From Chloroflexota bacterium (lineage in GTDB: Bacteria > Chloroflexota > Anaerolineae > UBA1429): 64,000 nt of DNA. Below the pieces are notes generated by a model. The model saw only the letters and a program-made list of their open reading frames with translations, was not told the origin of the DNA and made no database searches. How positions within the stretch are numbered: position 1 is the stretch's first letter; the number at the start of each line of letters is the position of its first letter. The position numbers and the translations under genes are program-made. The stretch lies in NCBI GenBank assembly GCA_036774405.1, contig DAIPBO010000009.1, forward strand, positions 8,083 to 72,082. Direction: 5' to 3'. Below, piece after piece: positions 28,608 to 38,581 of this stretch.

Positions 28608-29281
28608 ACGCGGCTCCTGCGCTTGATGAGCATCGTCAGCCCCCACAAGAGTGCCGCCATGAACAGCATCGTGATCACGTAGCCGACCACTGCATTCACC
28701 CAGAAAGGCAGGGGATAGAGCTGAATCAACGTGTCACGGTAGTCAAACACCCAGGTCCCGCTCTGGAAGAACAGGCCATGAAAGACCGTGAAAAAGCGCT
28801 CAAAGTCCAGGGCTACCGAGAGCAATATGACCCCAATGAGGGCCGCCGTCAGCAAAACGCCGTGACGCAGGCCGCGGACCAGCGCCTGCCAGCGGCCGGT
28901 TCGTAACAGCCAGGCAGCGATACTGATCGAGACTACGGCGGCCACGCCCTCTGCCCAAAAGAATCCATCCATCACGCGTTGTACGTCGGCCATGTGATTG
29001 AGCTCTGCAGCGTTCAGAGCGACGGCACCTGCGTCGGTGCGCAATGCCGCTAGCTCGTCGTCTGTCACGCGGTGGCGCAGATAGTCGATGAGGGCATTGG
29101 AGAGGCGTACACGCTCCGAATCAGCGAATCTTTCGGCCGCCGGAAAGCGAGACTGCCTGTACTGTAACGCGGCAAAGCCTGGCCGTACATAGATGAGTAG
29201 CGGTGTGGCCAGCAATACGACCAGCGTGAGCAACGCCAGAATGGACGCGGGCCAACGGACGTCAGCGCGATCTTGCATGGG
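28604..29281 (-). CDS. Integral membrane protein (TIGR01906/DUF1461-like).
   Basis: Four predicted TM helices. C-terminal YPLPFWVNAVVGYVITMLFMAALLWG. Start set at MQDRADVRWPASILALL. Confidence 0.35.
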   Translation of the reverse strand, partial: PMQDRADVRWPASILALLTLVVLLATPLLIYVRPGFAALQYRQSRFPAAERFADSERVRLSNALIDYLRHRVTDDELAALRTDAGAVALNAAELNHMADVQRVMDGFFWAEGVAAVVSISIAAWLLRTGRWQALVRGLRHGVLLTAALIGVILLSVALDFERFFTVFHGLFFQSGTWVFDYRDTLIQLYPLPFWVNAVVGYVITMLFMAALLWGLTMLIKRRSRV

Positions 29282-29412
29282 CGCTCCTCGCTTGAGCAGG
29301 CTGTCGGCTGCGAGTATAGCACGACAGTCTCCAGACGCAATCGCCCCTGTGGGAACCGACGGCGTACTGCTAACGTTGTACAGGCAAGAGGGCATTTCTG
29401 GGGGTAGAAGGA

Positions 29413-31548
29413 ATGAGGCGACGACTGTTGCTTTGCATAGCAGTACTGGCTCTGCTGGCAGGTGCACTGCCTGTCCAGGCGCAGAGGCTGTTGCCTCCTG
29501 TGCCCATCGAGCCGCCTGCTCAACCGGAGCGGAATCTCGTGACGGTGTCGGCGCACGACGTCAAGATCACTGTCGACGAGCAGGTGGCCGTCTTTGAGGT
29601 AACACTGGAGCTCTCTAACCGTGGTCGTCGCGACGCTGAGGCCGATCTGGTCATGCCTCTACCTGCTCAAGCCGCCGTAACCGACCTCGGCCTGTGGATC
29701 GATGGTCGGCGTCTTGAGGCTCGACTGCTCGACGCTGATGAAGCCCTGCAGGCCTATACCGATATAGTGAGGCAGAGGCTCGACCCTGCGCTGCTGGAAT
29801 ACGCTGGCGAGGGCGCCCTGCGAGCCAGGGTCTTTCCTGTGCCGGCCGATGGCTCTGTGCAGGTTGCCCTGCGGTATGCGCAGGTGCTTCCTCGCGAGGG
29901 AGACCTTATTCGGCTCGACTATGCCTTCCAAACGAGCCTTGTGGCTGACGAGGACTTGCAGAGGTCGTTCGCAGCAGCGCTGCGCTCCTCTGAAGGTATT
30001 GGTGTCGTCTACTCTCCCACGCATGACCTAGACATAGACCGTGACACGGAGCAGACGCTTGTTACTGTCCGTGGGGCATCGATAGCCACTGTGCCAGGTG
30101 TGCTACTCTACTATGGCCTCCAGGAAGAAGATGTGGCCGCTTCGGTGCTCTCTTACCGCGAGGGTGACGGCGATGGCCACTTTATGCTCCTGCTGATGCC
30201 GCCCGGGCCGGCCGCTGGGGCGCGCGTCGTGAGCCGTGATGTGACCATCGTGCTAGACACCTCAGGCAGCATGCGGGGCGAAAAGCTCGACCAGGCCAAG
30301 GCGGCAGCCATCTATGTGTTGCGCAACCTCAATCGCGGCGATCGTTTCGGGCTCGTGAGCTTTGGTAGCAGTGTGCGGCCTTTTGCGAGCGAGCTGCTGG
30401 GGCTCGAGCGAGTCGATGATGCTATACAGCATATCCAGGAGCTGCGCGCCGAAGGGGGAACAAACATCGGAGGCGCATTTAATGCAGCCATTGACCTGAC
30501 GGTGGCCAATCGCGCGCAGGTAATCCTCTTTCTGACCGATGGGCTGCCCACTGTGGGGCAGGTATCGGTGGACAGGCTTCTGGACGATCTGGACCGGGAC
30601 ATGCGCCCCAACGTTCGCCTTTTCGCCTTTGGCGTGGGTTATGATGTGAACACGTTGCTGCTTGACCGCGCCGCTCTCGGGCACCATGGTACGGGGACCT
30701 ATGTGCGCCCCGGAGAGAACATCGAGCAGCGTGTCTCGGCTCTGTATGACAAGATCAGCCAGCCCGCCCTTACCGATGTAACGCTGGATATCACTGGGGT
30801 GGGCGCCTACGACCTCTATCCGACGCCGTTGCCCGATCTCTTTGCTGGCGAGCAGTTGGTGTTGGTAGGGCGCTACAGCGAGCCCGGGGAGATGGTGATC
30901 AAGCTGAGCGGCACACGTGCAGAGGGCCGCGTGGTACAGACGATCACCGGCCTGACATTGGCCTCATCTGGCGGCGCTGACCATGTACCGGCCGTTTGGG
31001 CGGCGCGCAAGGTGGGTTACCTGCTGGCACAGATCCGACTACACGGGGCTCAAGAGGAGCTGGTTGACGAGGTGGTTGCGCTGGCCAAGCGCTATGGCAT
31101 TCTGACACCCTACACATCGTTCCTGGCTGATGAGGGAGAAGATGCCATCCCGCCCGTGGCCCCCATGCTGCGCGGTCCAGCTTCTCGCGAGGATGGCGTC
31201 GGCGCTGTGCAAGGCGCGAGCCAACTGGCGGAATATGGGCTGGGCGCCTCGGCCGTAACCGGTGAGAAGGCGGTCGAACATAGCATCGCTGAGCAGTCAC
31301 TCCGTGATAGCGATCGGCCCATCGGTTTGGACGTCGTCAAGACCATTGCTGGCAAGACCTTTGCGCTTCAGGGCGACACCTGGGTCGATGCGGCGTATGT
31401 AGAGGGCATGGCCGAAGAGCAGGTGGCACTGGGGTGCGCCCGTTACACAGAACTGCTGCAGATGCATCCGGAGTGGGGGCGCTGGCTGGCCCTGGGCCTG
31501 GACGTGGTGATCGTGCACCAGGGTAGCGCCTATCGGTTTGGGCGCTAG
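29413..31548 (+). CDS. Secreted VIT (vault protein inter-alpha-trypsin) + von Willebrand factor A domain protein.
   Basis: Signal peptide MRRRLLLCIAVLALLAGALPVQA. VIT-like N-domain. VWA with MIDAS DTSGSM...SFGS...TDG. Size 711 aa. Confidence 0.65.
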   Translation: MRRRLLLCIAVLALLAGALPVQAQRLLPPVPIEPPAQPERNLVTVSAHDVKITVDEQVAVFEVTLELSNRGRRDAEADLVMPLPAQAAVTDLGLWIDGRRLEARLLDADEALQAYTDIVRQRLDPALLEYAGEGALRARVFPVPADGSVQVALRYAQVLPREGDLIRLDYAFQTSLVADEDLQRSFAAALRSSEGIGVVYSPTHDLDIDRDTEQTLVTVRGASIATVPGVLLYYGLQEEDVAASVLSYREGDGDGHFMLLLMPPGPAAGARVVSRDVTIVLDTSGSMRGEKLDQAKAAAIYVLRNLNRGDRFGLVSFGSSVRPFASELLGLERVDDAIQHIQELRAEGGTNIGGAFNAAIDLTVANRAQVILFLTDGLPTVGQVSVDRLLDDLDRDMRPNVRLFAFGVGYDVNTLLLDRAALGHHGTGTYVRPGENIEQRVSALYDKISQPALTDVTLDITGVGAYDLYPTPLPDLFAGEQLVLVGRYSEPGEMVIKLSGTRAEGRVVQTITGLTLASSGGADHVPAVWAARKVGYLLAQIRLHGAQEELVDEVVALAKRYGILTPYTSFLADEGEDAIPPVAPMLRGPASREDGVGAVQGASQLAEYGLGASAVTGEKAVEHSIAEQSLRDSDRPIGLDVVKTIAGKTFALQGDTWVDAAYVEGMAEEQVALGCARYTELLQMHPEWGRWLALGLDVVIVHQGSAYRFGR

Positions 31549-31673
31549 AACGCCGCCAACCACTGCTCGATACAGAGCCTACGGCCTTCCTTGACCAACG
31601 CGGTGGCAGCGGCTAGCATGAAAACAACAGGGTTGAGTTGCTGACACAGCCGCCAAAGGAGGCCCAATAGACC

Positions 31674-32459
31674 ATGACGCTGCTGAAGCTTGCCACCTTT
31701 AACGCCAACTCGATCCGTGTGCGTCTCGAACAGATGCTCACATGGCTCGACCGCGAGAACATCGATATCCTGGCGGTGCAAGAGACCAAAGTTCAGGATG
31801 CAGACTTTCCGCAGAGTGAGATCAAGGCCGCAGGGTTCCACGTGGTGTTCCGCGGGCAAAAGTCTCATGCAGGGGTAGCGCTCCTGTCGCGCGCCGAGCC
31901 CGACGAGGTGATGTATGGCTTTGATGATGATGGCGATCGCGACGAGCCCAGGCTGATCCGCGCCCGGGTGGCCGGAATCAACATCATCAATACGTACGTG
32001 CCTCAAGGACGCTCGGTAGATGATCCCGTTTTCCAATACAAGCTCGCCTGGTATGGGAGGTTGCGGGCGCTGCTCAAGCGGCACTATGTCACTGACGATC
32101 TCTTGGCGTGGGTAGGCGATCTCAATGTTGCCCCTGAAGAACGCGACCTCCACGACCCCAAGGGGAACCGCAATCACGTTGATTTTCACCCCGAGGTGCG
32201 CGAAGCCCATGCCCAGGCCATGGCCTGGGGACTCGTCGACGTCTTTCGCATGCATCACCCCGACGAGGACGGACAATACACCTACTGGGATTACCGCGTG
32301 CGCAACGCCGTCGAGCGCAACGTGGGTTGGCGCATCGACCACATCATGGCGACGCCAGCTCTGGCCGAGCGCTCGCGCGATTGCTGGATTGATGTCGAGC
32401 CGCGTCGAGCAGAACGACCGTCAGACCACACTTTTCTGGTGGCCAGTTTTGAGCTCTAG
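31674..32459 (+). CDS. xth: Exodeoxyribonuclease III (AP endonuclease, EEP superfamily).
   Basis: MTLLKLATFNANSIRVR...LAVQETK N-terminus. Conserved His/Asp catalytic residues at the C-terminus (WRIDHIMAT). Confidence 0.85.
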   Translation: MTLLKLATFNANSIRVRLEQMLTWLDRENIDILAVQETKVQDADFPQSEIKAAGFHVVFRGQKSHAGVALLSRAEPDEVMYGFDDDGDRDEPRLIRARVAGINIINTYVPQGRSVDDPVFQYKLAWYGRLRALLKRHYVTDDLLAWVGDLNVAPEERDLHDPKGNRNHVDFHPEVREAHAQAMAWGLVDVFRMHHPDEDGQYTYWDYRVRNAVERNVGWRIDHIMATPALAERSRDCWIDVEPRRAERPSDHTFLVASFEL

Positions 32460-32557
32460 AGACCGAACATTCATTCTGGTTTACTTCTATGACGCTGGTG
32501 CTATAATGGTTGTACGCTCTTGTGCAGAGTCTTGTTGAGTGTGGTCAGTTGTTGTGA

Positions 32558-32580
32558 TCACCTCACCATTGGTGAGGTGA
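32558..32580 (+). promoter_or_regulatory. Perfect 10-bp hairpin in the 5' leader of the SH3b protein gene, downstream of a TTACTT-N15-TATAAT candidate promoter (32481-32507).
   Basis: TCACCTCACC-att-GGTGAGGTGA. Confidence 0.3.
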
Positions 32581-32629
32581 GTTCGCCTGGAGAAGTGTGC
32601 TGGTCTGTGTCGGATTTGGTAGAGCATAC

Positions 32630-33217
32630 ATGGAGGCAAGCATGAGAAGGCGCACAGTGTTGTTTGTGGTGGTGTTGGTTTTGCTGGGGATCCTGGCCGT
32701 CCCCATGATGGTGTCGGCTGAGGAGGCCAAGGTGAACGCCCCAGTGGGGCTCAAGCTGCGCCTCGAGCCAGGTCTCGATGGGTTTGAGATGTTCACGCTC
32801 AAGCACCGCGAGCTGGTCTGGGTAGACCCTAACGAGCCTTCAGTATGGCTAGACCACATCCTCTGGTCCAAAGTCGAGACCGAGCGTGGCACGGGCTGGT
32901 GTGCAGCGGCCCATCTGGACAACTACCCTGGCTTTTGGAACGTCGATACGCCTGTCATGCCAGACTTGCCCGAGGGCTTTTTCATGGTCAAGGCGCCTGC
33001 CGGGCTCAAGCTGCGCGAAGAGGCCGGGTACAGCGATGTCGCCTTCATCGTGCCCTATGGCACCGTGCTTGAGTCGCCTAACGGCAAAGTCGTGCCTGCC
33101 GATGGCATTTACTGGCGCGAGCTAAAGGTCGGGGGCGATCTGCTCTGGGGCTGGAACAAGTGGCTGGATGAGATTGGCCCTTCGAGCGCTGCGACTGAAG
33201 AGGCTGCGGTCGGCTGA
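32630..33217 (+). CDS. Secreted protein with two bacterial SH3 (SH3b)-like repeats.
   Basis: Signal peptide. Internal repeats APVGLKLRLEPG / APAGLKLREEAG, each followed by a roughly 60-aa SH3_3-like segment. Confidence 0.45.
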   Translation: MEASMRRRTVLFVVVLVLLGILAVPMMVSAEEAKVNAPVGLKLRLEPGLDGFEMFTLKHRELVWVDPNEPSVWLDHILWSKVETERGTGWCAAAHLDNYPGFWNVDTPVMPDLPEGFFMVKAPAGLKLREEAGYSDVAFIVPYGTVLESPNGKVVPADGIYWRELKVGGDLLWGWNKWLDEIGPSSAATEEAAVG

Positions 33218-33237
33218 TCGCTCCGGTGAATATCCAC

Positions 33238-33272
33238 AACGGGGCGGCCGTCAGGCCGCCCCGTTGCTTTTA
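33238..33272 (+). terminator. Intrinsic terminator.
   Basis: 12-bp stem AACGGGGCGGCC / GGCCGCCCCGTT with loop GTCA, followed by GCTTTTA. Confidence 0.55.
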
Positions 33273-33319
33273 CTGACGTCCACTCCATAGTCGCAGAATA
33301 CGTGAAGCGCGGAGGCAGC

Positions 33320-34084
33320 ATGGGCATACTCGATCGTTTTTCACTCAAGGGGCGCGTTGCACTGGTCACTGGCGGTGGCCAGGGCATTGGCCAGGCATAT
33401 GCCTTGGCTCTGGCTGAGGCAGGGGCAGATGTAGCCATTGTTGACCTGAACCCCGAGACAGCTGGGACAGTGGCTGGTGAGGTCCAGCGGTTTGGCCGAC
33501 GCTCGTTAGCCGTAGTGGCAGATGTGAGCGATGCCGCGCAGGTGAGCGAGATGGTGACTCGCGTGGTCGACGGGTTGGGCAGGCTCGATATCGGCGTTAA
33601 CAATGCCGGTGTGCGTTGCTGGGCGGCCGCTGAAGAGATGACGCCGACGGAGTGGGATGATCTGATGGCCGTCAATCTCAAGGCGGTCTTTCTCTGTTGT
33701 CAGGCCGAGGCCCGCGTCATGCTGGCACAGGGGTATGGCAAGATTATCAACACAGCGTCGATGTCGGCGCACATCGTCAATCGCCCACAGAAGCAGGTGG
33801 GCTACAACACGTCCAAGGCGGGCGTGGTGCACCTGACGCGCTCTCTCGCAGCAGAGTGGGCCGACCGCGGCGTGCGTGTCAACAGCATCAGCCCTGGCTA
33901 CACTGAAACGCCTCTTGTGGCCAGTGTCGCGCATCTGATCCCGGGGTGGCTCAAAGACGTGCCGTTGGGCCGTATGGGGCAGGTGAGTGATCTGCAGGGG
34001 GCGGTGGTCTATCTGGCCTCACAGGCATCGGACTATGTCACCGGGCATGACCTTGTCGTCGATGGCGGCTACACCTGCTGGTGA
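33320..34084 (+). CDS. SDR-family NAD(P)-dependent oxidoreductase.
   Basis: TGGGQGIG Rossmann motif, NNAG, catalytic S...YxxxK (YNTSKAG). Size 254 aa. Confidence 0.7.
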   Translation: MGILDRFSLKGRVALVTGGGQGIGQAYALALAEAGADVAIVDLNPETAGTVAGEVQRFGRRSLAVVADVSDAAQVSEMVTRVVDGLGRLDIGVNNAGVRCWAAAEEMTPTEWDDLMAVNLKAVFLCCQAEARVMLAQGYGKIINTASMSAHIVNRPQKQVGYNTSKAGVVHLTRSLAAEWADRGVRVNSISPGYTETPLVASVAHLIPGWLKDVPLGRMGQVSDLQGAVVYLASQASDYVTGHDLVVDGGYTCW

Positions 34085-34103
34085 GGTTCGCCACCAAAGC
34101 GAA

Positions 34104-34127
34104 GGGCCCGCTCGATCGAGCGGGCCC
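34104..34127. terminator. Bidirectional terminator, 24-nt perfect palindrome between convergent genes.
   Basis: GGGCCCGCTCGATCGAGCGGGCCC. Confidence 0.5.
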
Positions 34128-34153
34128 CGTTGTTGTCTGCTATCAAGTGGTGT

Positions 34154-34933
34154 TCAGGCCGAGAACCAGGGGATGATGCCCAAATAGCGGACGATCAGGA
34201 CCACCAACATCACGCCAAGCACGACCTTGACGAGCTTTTCACCGCCCTTGACGGCGGCATGGCTGCCGATCCAGGCACCAGAGCCATTGCCAATGGCCAG
34301 GAAAAGCCCGTAAAGCCAGTTCACCTGGCCGCCGAGCGCGAATATGAGCAGCGCTACGGCCGTGGTAGCACCGATGATGAAAACCTTGTGCATGTTGGTC
34401 TTGACGAGATCCAGACCGGTGGTGAGAACAAGCGCTGCGATGATGTAAAAGCCCACACCAGCTTGGACGATTCCCGAGTAGAAGCCGATTGCCAACAGGG
34501 CCACAACAGCGATGGCGATGCGCGTTGGCGTCATCTCGATCTCACGCTTGTTCTTTAGCCAGCGCTGCGGGTTGACGACCAGCACCACCAGCATGGCCAC
34601 CATGGCGAATACGAGCAACTTGTTAAAGAAGCTAGGATCGAGCTGGACGCCTGCCAACGCCCCCGCCACCGAGCCGATCACAGCGGGCACAGATAGCATC
34701 AGACTCATCTTGACGTCGGACATGCCGCCTTTGCGAAAGCCTGCGACTGCCGAGACGTTCTGAACCAGGACCGCCACGCGATTGGTGCCGTTCGCCATAG
34801 AGATCGGCAGGCCAGCCAACTCGAGCGCAGCAAGGGTCAAGAACGAACCGCCGCCGGCCAACGTGTTGATAAATCCTGCCAGCGTTCCGGCTACAATGAT
34901 GATGGCCGCAGTGAGGACGTTGAGCTCGCCCAT
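34154..34933 (-). CDS. TauE/SafE-family sulfite/anion exporter membrane protein.
   Basis: Two-repeat 4+4 TM architecture with GxGGG-like motifs (LAGGGSFLTL, GVGFYII). Size 259 aa. Confidence 0.65.
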   Translation of the reverse strand: MGELNVLTAAIIIVAGTLAGFINTLAGGGSFLTLAALELAGLPISMANGTNRVAVLVQNVSAVAGFRKGGMSDVKMSLMLSVPAVIGSVAGALAGVQLDPSFFNKLLVFAMVAMLVVLVVNPQRWLKNKREIEMTPTRIAIAVVALLAIGFYSGIVQAGVGFYIIAALVLTTGLDLVKTNMHKVFIIGATTAVALLIFALGGQVNWLYGLFLAIGNGSGAWIGSHAAVKGGEKLVKVVLGVMLVVLIVRYLGIIPWFSA

Positions 34934-35046
34934 CGGTCAGTCTCCCCCTGTATCGTAATGCCAGACGAGCCTTCATTATAGTGCACCACTGCACAGCTGC
35001 AACCTGCCCCGACCGACTCATCGCCCTTCATGACGGTCGACATGTG

Positions 35047-35075
35047 TTGACAGTTAGCCTGGTAGATGATAGAAT
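35047..35075 (+). promoter_or_regulatory. Candidate promoter TTGACA-N17-TAGAAT for apt.
   Basis: Hexamers at 35047-35052 and 35070-35075. Confidence 0.45.
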
Positions 35076-35154
35076 CACTGAAAATGAGAGGGGCGGAGAC
35101 GCCCATTCATCTGGGCTGCACGGCAGCCTTTTGGCTTTGTGGAGGCCTCCAAGG

Positions 35155-35667
35155 ATGGATCTTGCCGCCATCATCAGAGATATCCCCGATTTTCCCGTCA
35201 AGGGAATCCTCTTTAAAGACATCACCCCGCTGCTGCGCGAGCCCGAAGCATTTGGACAGGCCGTCAGGCAGTTGGCAGAACGGTTCCGCGATGCGCATAT
35301 CGACCAGGTTCTGGCGATAGAGTCTCGTGGGTTCATCTTTGGCGCTCCCCTGGCGCTCGAGCTTGGCGCTGGGTTTGTGCCCGTTCGCAAGCCGGGCAAA
35401 CTGCCTGATGAAACGATTGCTGTCGAGTACACTCTCGAGTATGGCACCAACCGGCTCGAGATCCACACAGATGCCATCCATGCTGGCGAGCGCGTGCTGG
35501 TGGTGGACGACCTGCTAGCCACAGGCGGGTCGGCCAAGGCGGCCATACAGCTGGTAGAGAGGCTGGGGGGAGAGGTCGTTGCTGCGACCTTTGTCATCGA
35601 ACTAGAGTCACTGGGCGGTGCCGAGAGGCTCGCAGGCTACCCGGTGTACTCGCTCATCAAGTTCTGA
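35155..35667 (+). CDS. apt: Adenine phosphoribosyltransferase. Start re-assigned, giving a 170-aa protein.
   Basis: MDLAAIIRDIPDFPVKGILFKDITPLL N-terminus. PRPP-binding VLVVDDLLATGGS motif. GGAGG RBS. Confidence 0.8.
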   Translation: MDLAAIIRDIPDFPVKGILFKDITPLLREPEAFGQAVRQLAERFRDAHIDQVLAIESRGFIFGAPLALELGAGFVPVRKPGKLPDETIAVEYTLEYGTNRLEIHTDAIHAGERVLVVDDLLATGGSAKAAIQLVERLGGEVVAATFVIELESLGGAERLAGYPVYSLIKF

Positions 35668-35681
35668 TCGAGGACACTGAC

Positions 35682-36110
35682 ATGAACGCTGAACATCCGC
35701 ATGCTGAGCGTCTTCGTAATGAAAGAGAGAACGCGGTCCGCGAGATTGCGCGGCTTGAGGAGCAACTCAAGGAGGAGATCGAGCCGGCTTCGGCCACTGA
35801 TGACGATTCGGCCGATGCTGCCGCTGACATCTATGAGCGGGGCAAGATCATCTCTCTGATCGCGAACCTCGAGAACAAGATCCACTCGTTGGATCGTGCG
35901 CTCGAGCTGGTGGCCGACGGCAGCTATGGCATTTGCGAAAAATGCGGCGAAGCGATTCCACTCGAGCGGTTACAGATCATGCCTGAGACAACGCTGTGCG
36001 TGCGCTGTGCCAGCGAGCGCGAGCGAGGCCTACGGCGGTATGCCAGTTCTCGCCGCCGCCGTGATGCCGATCTCCCTGATGACGAGGAAGAAGACGAGGT
36101 CGACGACTGA
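35682..36110 (+). CDS. DksA/TraR-family C4 zinc-finger protein.
   Basis: Coiled-coil N-terminus, then CEKCGEAIPLERLQIMPETTLCVRC (CxxC-N17-CxxC). Confidence 0.6.
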   Translation: MNAEHPHAERLRNERENAVREIARLEEQLKEEIEPASATDDDSADAAADIYERGKIISLIANLENKIHSLDRALELVADGSYGICEKCGEAIPLERLQIMPETTLCVRCASERERGLRRYASSRRRRDADLPDDEEEDEVDD

Positions 36111-36145
36111 GCCTACGACACCGGCCCTGACGCCGCTCGCCGCCT

Positions 36146-36175
36146 TTGACAAACATTCAGCGTTCGGCCTATTAT
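36146..36175 (+). promoter_or_regulatory. Candidate promoter TTGACA-N18-TATTAT upstream of the por operon.
   Basis: Hexamers at 36146-36151 and 36170-36175. Confidence 0.3.
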
Positions 36176-36322
36176 ATGCCGGTTTGGCAAGTGATGGGTG
36201 CGAACGCTGTTGTTGTGTGTGCCTGTGGCCAACTGGCAGGGCCGCTGTGCGACACTGCGCTGTTGCCCAACTGGGGCGCCGCACGGGCCCTTGCTGACAA
36301 GACATACGAGGAGGTATCATCG

Positions 36323-36895
36323 ATGAGCCAGATGATGGAGATCCGCTGGCACGGACGCGCGGGTCAAGGGGTGGTGACAGCTGGCGAGCTCCTGGCCGAG
36401 GCTTCGCTAGAGCAGGGCAACTACTTTCAGGCCTTCCCCGAATATGGTTCAGAGCGTATGGGCGCTCCGATCAAGTCGTACAATCGCATCAGCGATGAGC
36501 CGGTAGAGGTGCACTCGCCGGTGCTCGAGCCAGATATGGTCATCATCGTGAACCCGAACTTGATCGGGGTGGTGGATCTGACCGAGGGGCTCAAGTCGGA
36601 TGGCTATATCCTCATGAACACGCCACAAACGCCGGCCGAGATTCGCCAAAGACTCGGCTATAGCACGGGCCAGGTCTGGTGTGTCGACGCTTCTCGGATC
36701 GCTATGGAAGAGTTCAAGCGGGATATCCCCAGCACGATGATGATCGGCGTCGTCTGTCGTGCCACAGGCATCGTCAACCTCGATACCGTAGTACATCTGA
36801 CCCGCGAGCGCCTGGGTGGCAAACTGCGTCCTGAGGTGGTCGAGGCCAACGTGCGTACTCTGCAACGCGCCTACGATGAGGCAGTGCAGGGCTAG
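36323..36895 (+). CDS. porG: Pyruvate/2-oxoacid:ferredoxin oxidoreductase, gamma subunit.
   Basis: MSQMMEIRWHGRAGQGVVTAGELLAEA is the classic PorG N-terminus. GAGGAGG RBS. Size 190 aa. Confidence 0.8.
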   Translation: MSQMMEIRWHGRAGQGVVTAGELLAEASLEQGNYFQAFPEYGSERMGAPIKSYNRISDEPVEVHSPVLEPDMVIIVNPNLIGVVDLTEGLKSDGYILMNTPQTPAEIRQRLGYSTGQVWCVDASRIAMEEFKRDIPSTMMIGVVCRATGIVNLDTVVHLTRERLGGKLRPEVVEANVRTLQRAYDEAVQG

Positions 36896-36973
36896 GTTTG
36901 ATCGGCTCGCTAAAGCCGCTGCGCGGCCTAGCGAGGTTCTCATATGGCTCTTAGTCCGATAGTGGAGGTTATC

Positions 36974-37318
36974 ATGGCCGAAAAGCAGGCTCCGCGCCTT
37001 GATCTGCCCTGGCGTGACGCGAGGCCGGGCGGCGTCGTCGTCGAGACCGGCAACTCTGAGACATACATCACCGGCACTTGGCGCACTATGCGCCCCGTAC
37101 GTGATATGGACCAGTGCACACAGTGCCTGATCTGCTGGATCATGTGCCCTGACTCGGCAATCACTGTCGAGGATGGCAAAGTGGCTGCGTTTGACTATGC
37201 ACACTGCAAGGGTTGCGGTATCTGCGCTGAACAGTGCCCTGTTAATATCAAGCAGCCTCACAGCGTCACCGGGAATCTGGGCAAAGTGATCCAGATGGTG
37301 CCCGAAGGCGACGAGTAG
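36974..37318 (+). CDS. porD: Pyruvate:ferredoxin oxidoreductase, delta subunit (2x[4Fe-4S] ferredoxin).
   Basis: CTQCLICWIMCP and CKGCGICAEQCP motifs. GGAGG RBS. Size 114 aa. Confidence 0.75.
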   Translation: MAEKQAPRLDLPWRDARPGGVVVETGNSETYITGTWRTMRPVRDMDQCTQCLICWIMCPDSAITVEDGKVAAFDYAHCKGCGICAEQCPVNIKQPHSVTGNLGKVIQMVPEGDE

Positions 37319-37345
37319 GCACGACGACTGAGGAGGTAATATCAC

Positions 37346-38539
37346 ATGGTTACCAGCAAATACATGCCGCTAGACGGCGCGAATGCTGTCTCGCAGGCAA
37401 TGCGCCAGATCAACCCCAATGTCGTCGCCGCCTATCCCATTACTCCCCAGACTGCCGTGGTGCAGAATTTCTCCGAGTACGTGGCTGACGGCATCGTCGA
37501 CACAGAATTTGTGCCCGTTGAGAGCGAGCACGCGGCTATGAGCGCCTGCATTGGCGCCTCGGCAGCTGGTGCGCGGGTGATGACGGCGACGGCCGCCAAC
37601 GGCCTTGCGCTGATGTGGGAGATGCTCTACATCGCAGCTGGCATGCGTCTGCCCATTGTGCTCACAGTGGTCAACCGCGCCCTGTCGAGCCCGCTGAACA
37701 TCCACTGCGATCACTCTGACAGCATGGGCGCTCGCGATGCCGGTTGGCTTCACTTTTATGCAGAGACTGGTCAAGAGGCCTACGACAACACCATCAAGGC
37801 CATCAAGATCGCCGAGCATGCCGATGTGTTGCTGCCCGTCATGAGCTGCCAGGATGGGTTCATCACCGGGCATGGCGTCGAACGCGTAGGGTTGCTGCCA
37901 GACGAGGCCGTCAAGGAATTCGTCGGTGGGTATGACCCCAAGTACGCTCTGCTAGACACAGATCATCCTGTTACGATGGGGGCCTGGGACTTTACAGACT
38001 ATTACTTTGAGCACAAGCGCCAGCAGAGTGAGGTCCTCAATAGCTGTCTGCCCATCGTCGAGGCAGTGAGCAAAGAGTATGAGCAGCTCTCGGGTCGCGA
38101 TCAGGCCATCTTGGACTGCTACGGCATGGATGATGCCGATGTGGCCATCGTGGTGCTCAGCTCACAGGCCGGCACCACTCGTTCGGTGGTGCGCGAGTTG
38201 CGGGCTAAGGGCGTCAAAGCTGGCGTGGTCAAGCCGCGCTTGTTCCGCCCCTTCCCCGCGACGCAGCTGGTGGATGCCATCAAGAACTGTAAGGCTGTGG
38301 CCGTGATGGATCGCGCAATCTCGTTTGGCGCCATGGGCGGGTGTGGCCCCTTGTTCCTCGACCTGACATCGGCGCTCTTCAACCTGGGCGTGCAGCTCCC
38401 GGTGGTCAACTATATCTATGGCCTCGGCGGGCGCGATACGATGCCCTCTGACATCGCATCGGCCTTTGCCGACTTGCAGGAGATTGCAGCGACAGGTACC
38501 CGCGGCGAGCTCGTCCGATACCTGGGTCTGCGTGACTAG
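37346..38539 (+). CDS. porA: Pyruvate:ferredoxin oxidoreductase, alpha subunit.
   Basis: PorA-type N-terminus MVTSKYMPLDGANAVSQAMRQINPNVVAAYPITPQT. Size 397 aa. Confidence 0.85.
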   Translation: MVTSKYMPLDGANAVSQAMRQINPNVVAAYPITPQTAVVQNFSEYVADGIVDTEFVPVESEHAAMSACIGASAAGARVMTATAANGLALMWEMLYIAAGMRLPIVLTVVNRALSSPLNIHCDHSDSMGARDAGWLHFYAETGQEAYDNTIKAIKIAEHADVLLPVMSCQDGFITGHGVERVGLLPDEAVKEFVGGYDPKYALLDTDHPVTMGAWDFTDYYFEHKRQQSEVLNSCLPIVEAVSKEYEQLSGRDQAILDCYGMDDADVAIVVLSSQAGTTRSVVRELRAKGVKAGVVKPRLFRPFPATQLVDAIKNCKAVAVMDRAISFGAMGGCGPLFLDLTSALFNLGVQLPVVNYIYGLGGRDTMPSDIASAFADLQEIAATGTRGELVRYLGLRD

Positions 38540-38581
38540 CTTGGCCAGGTCCTTGCTGGTTGCGCACCCTATTGCTAAGGA

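Noticed and set aside
31545-32342. 265-aa minus-strand ORF.
   Set aside because: Fully antisense to the clearly homologous exodeoxyribonuclease III gene.
36449-37345. 298-aa minus-strand ORF.
   Set aside because: Antisense to porG and porD, which have strong motif support and proper RBSs.
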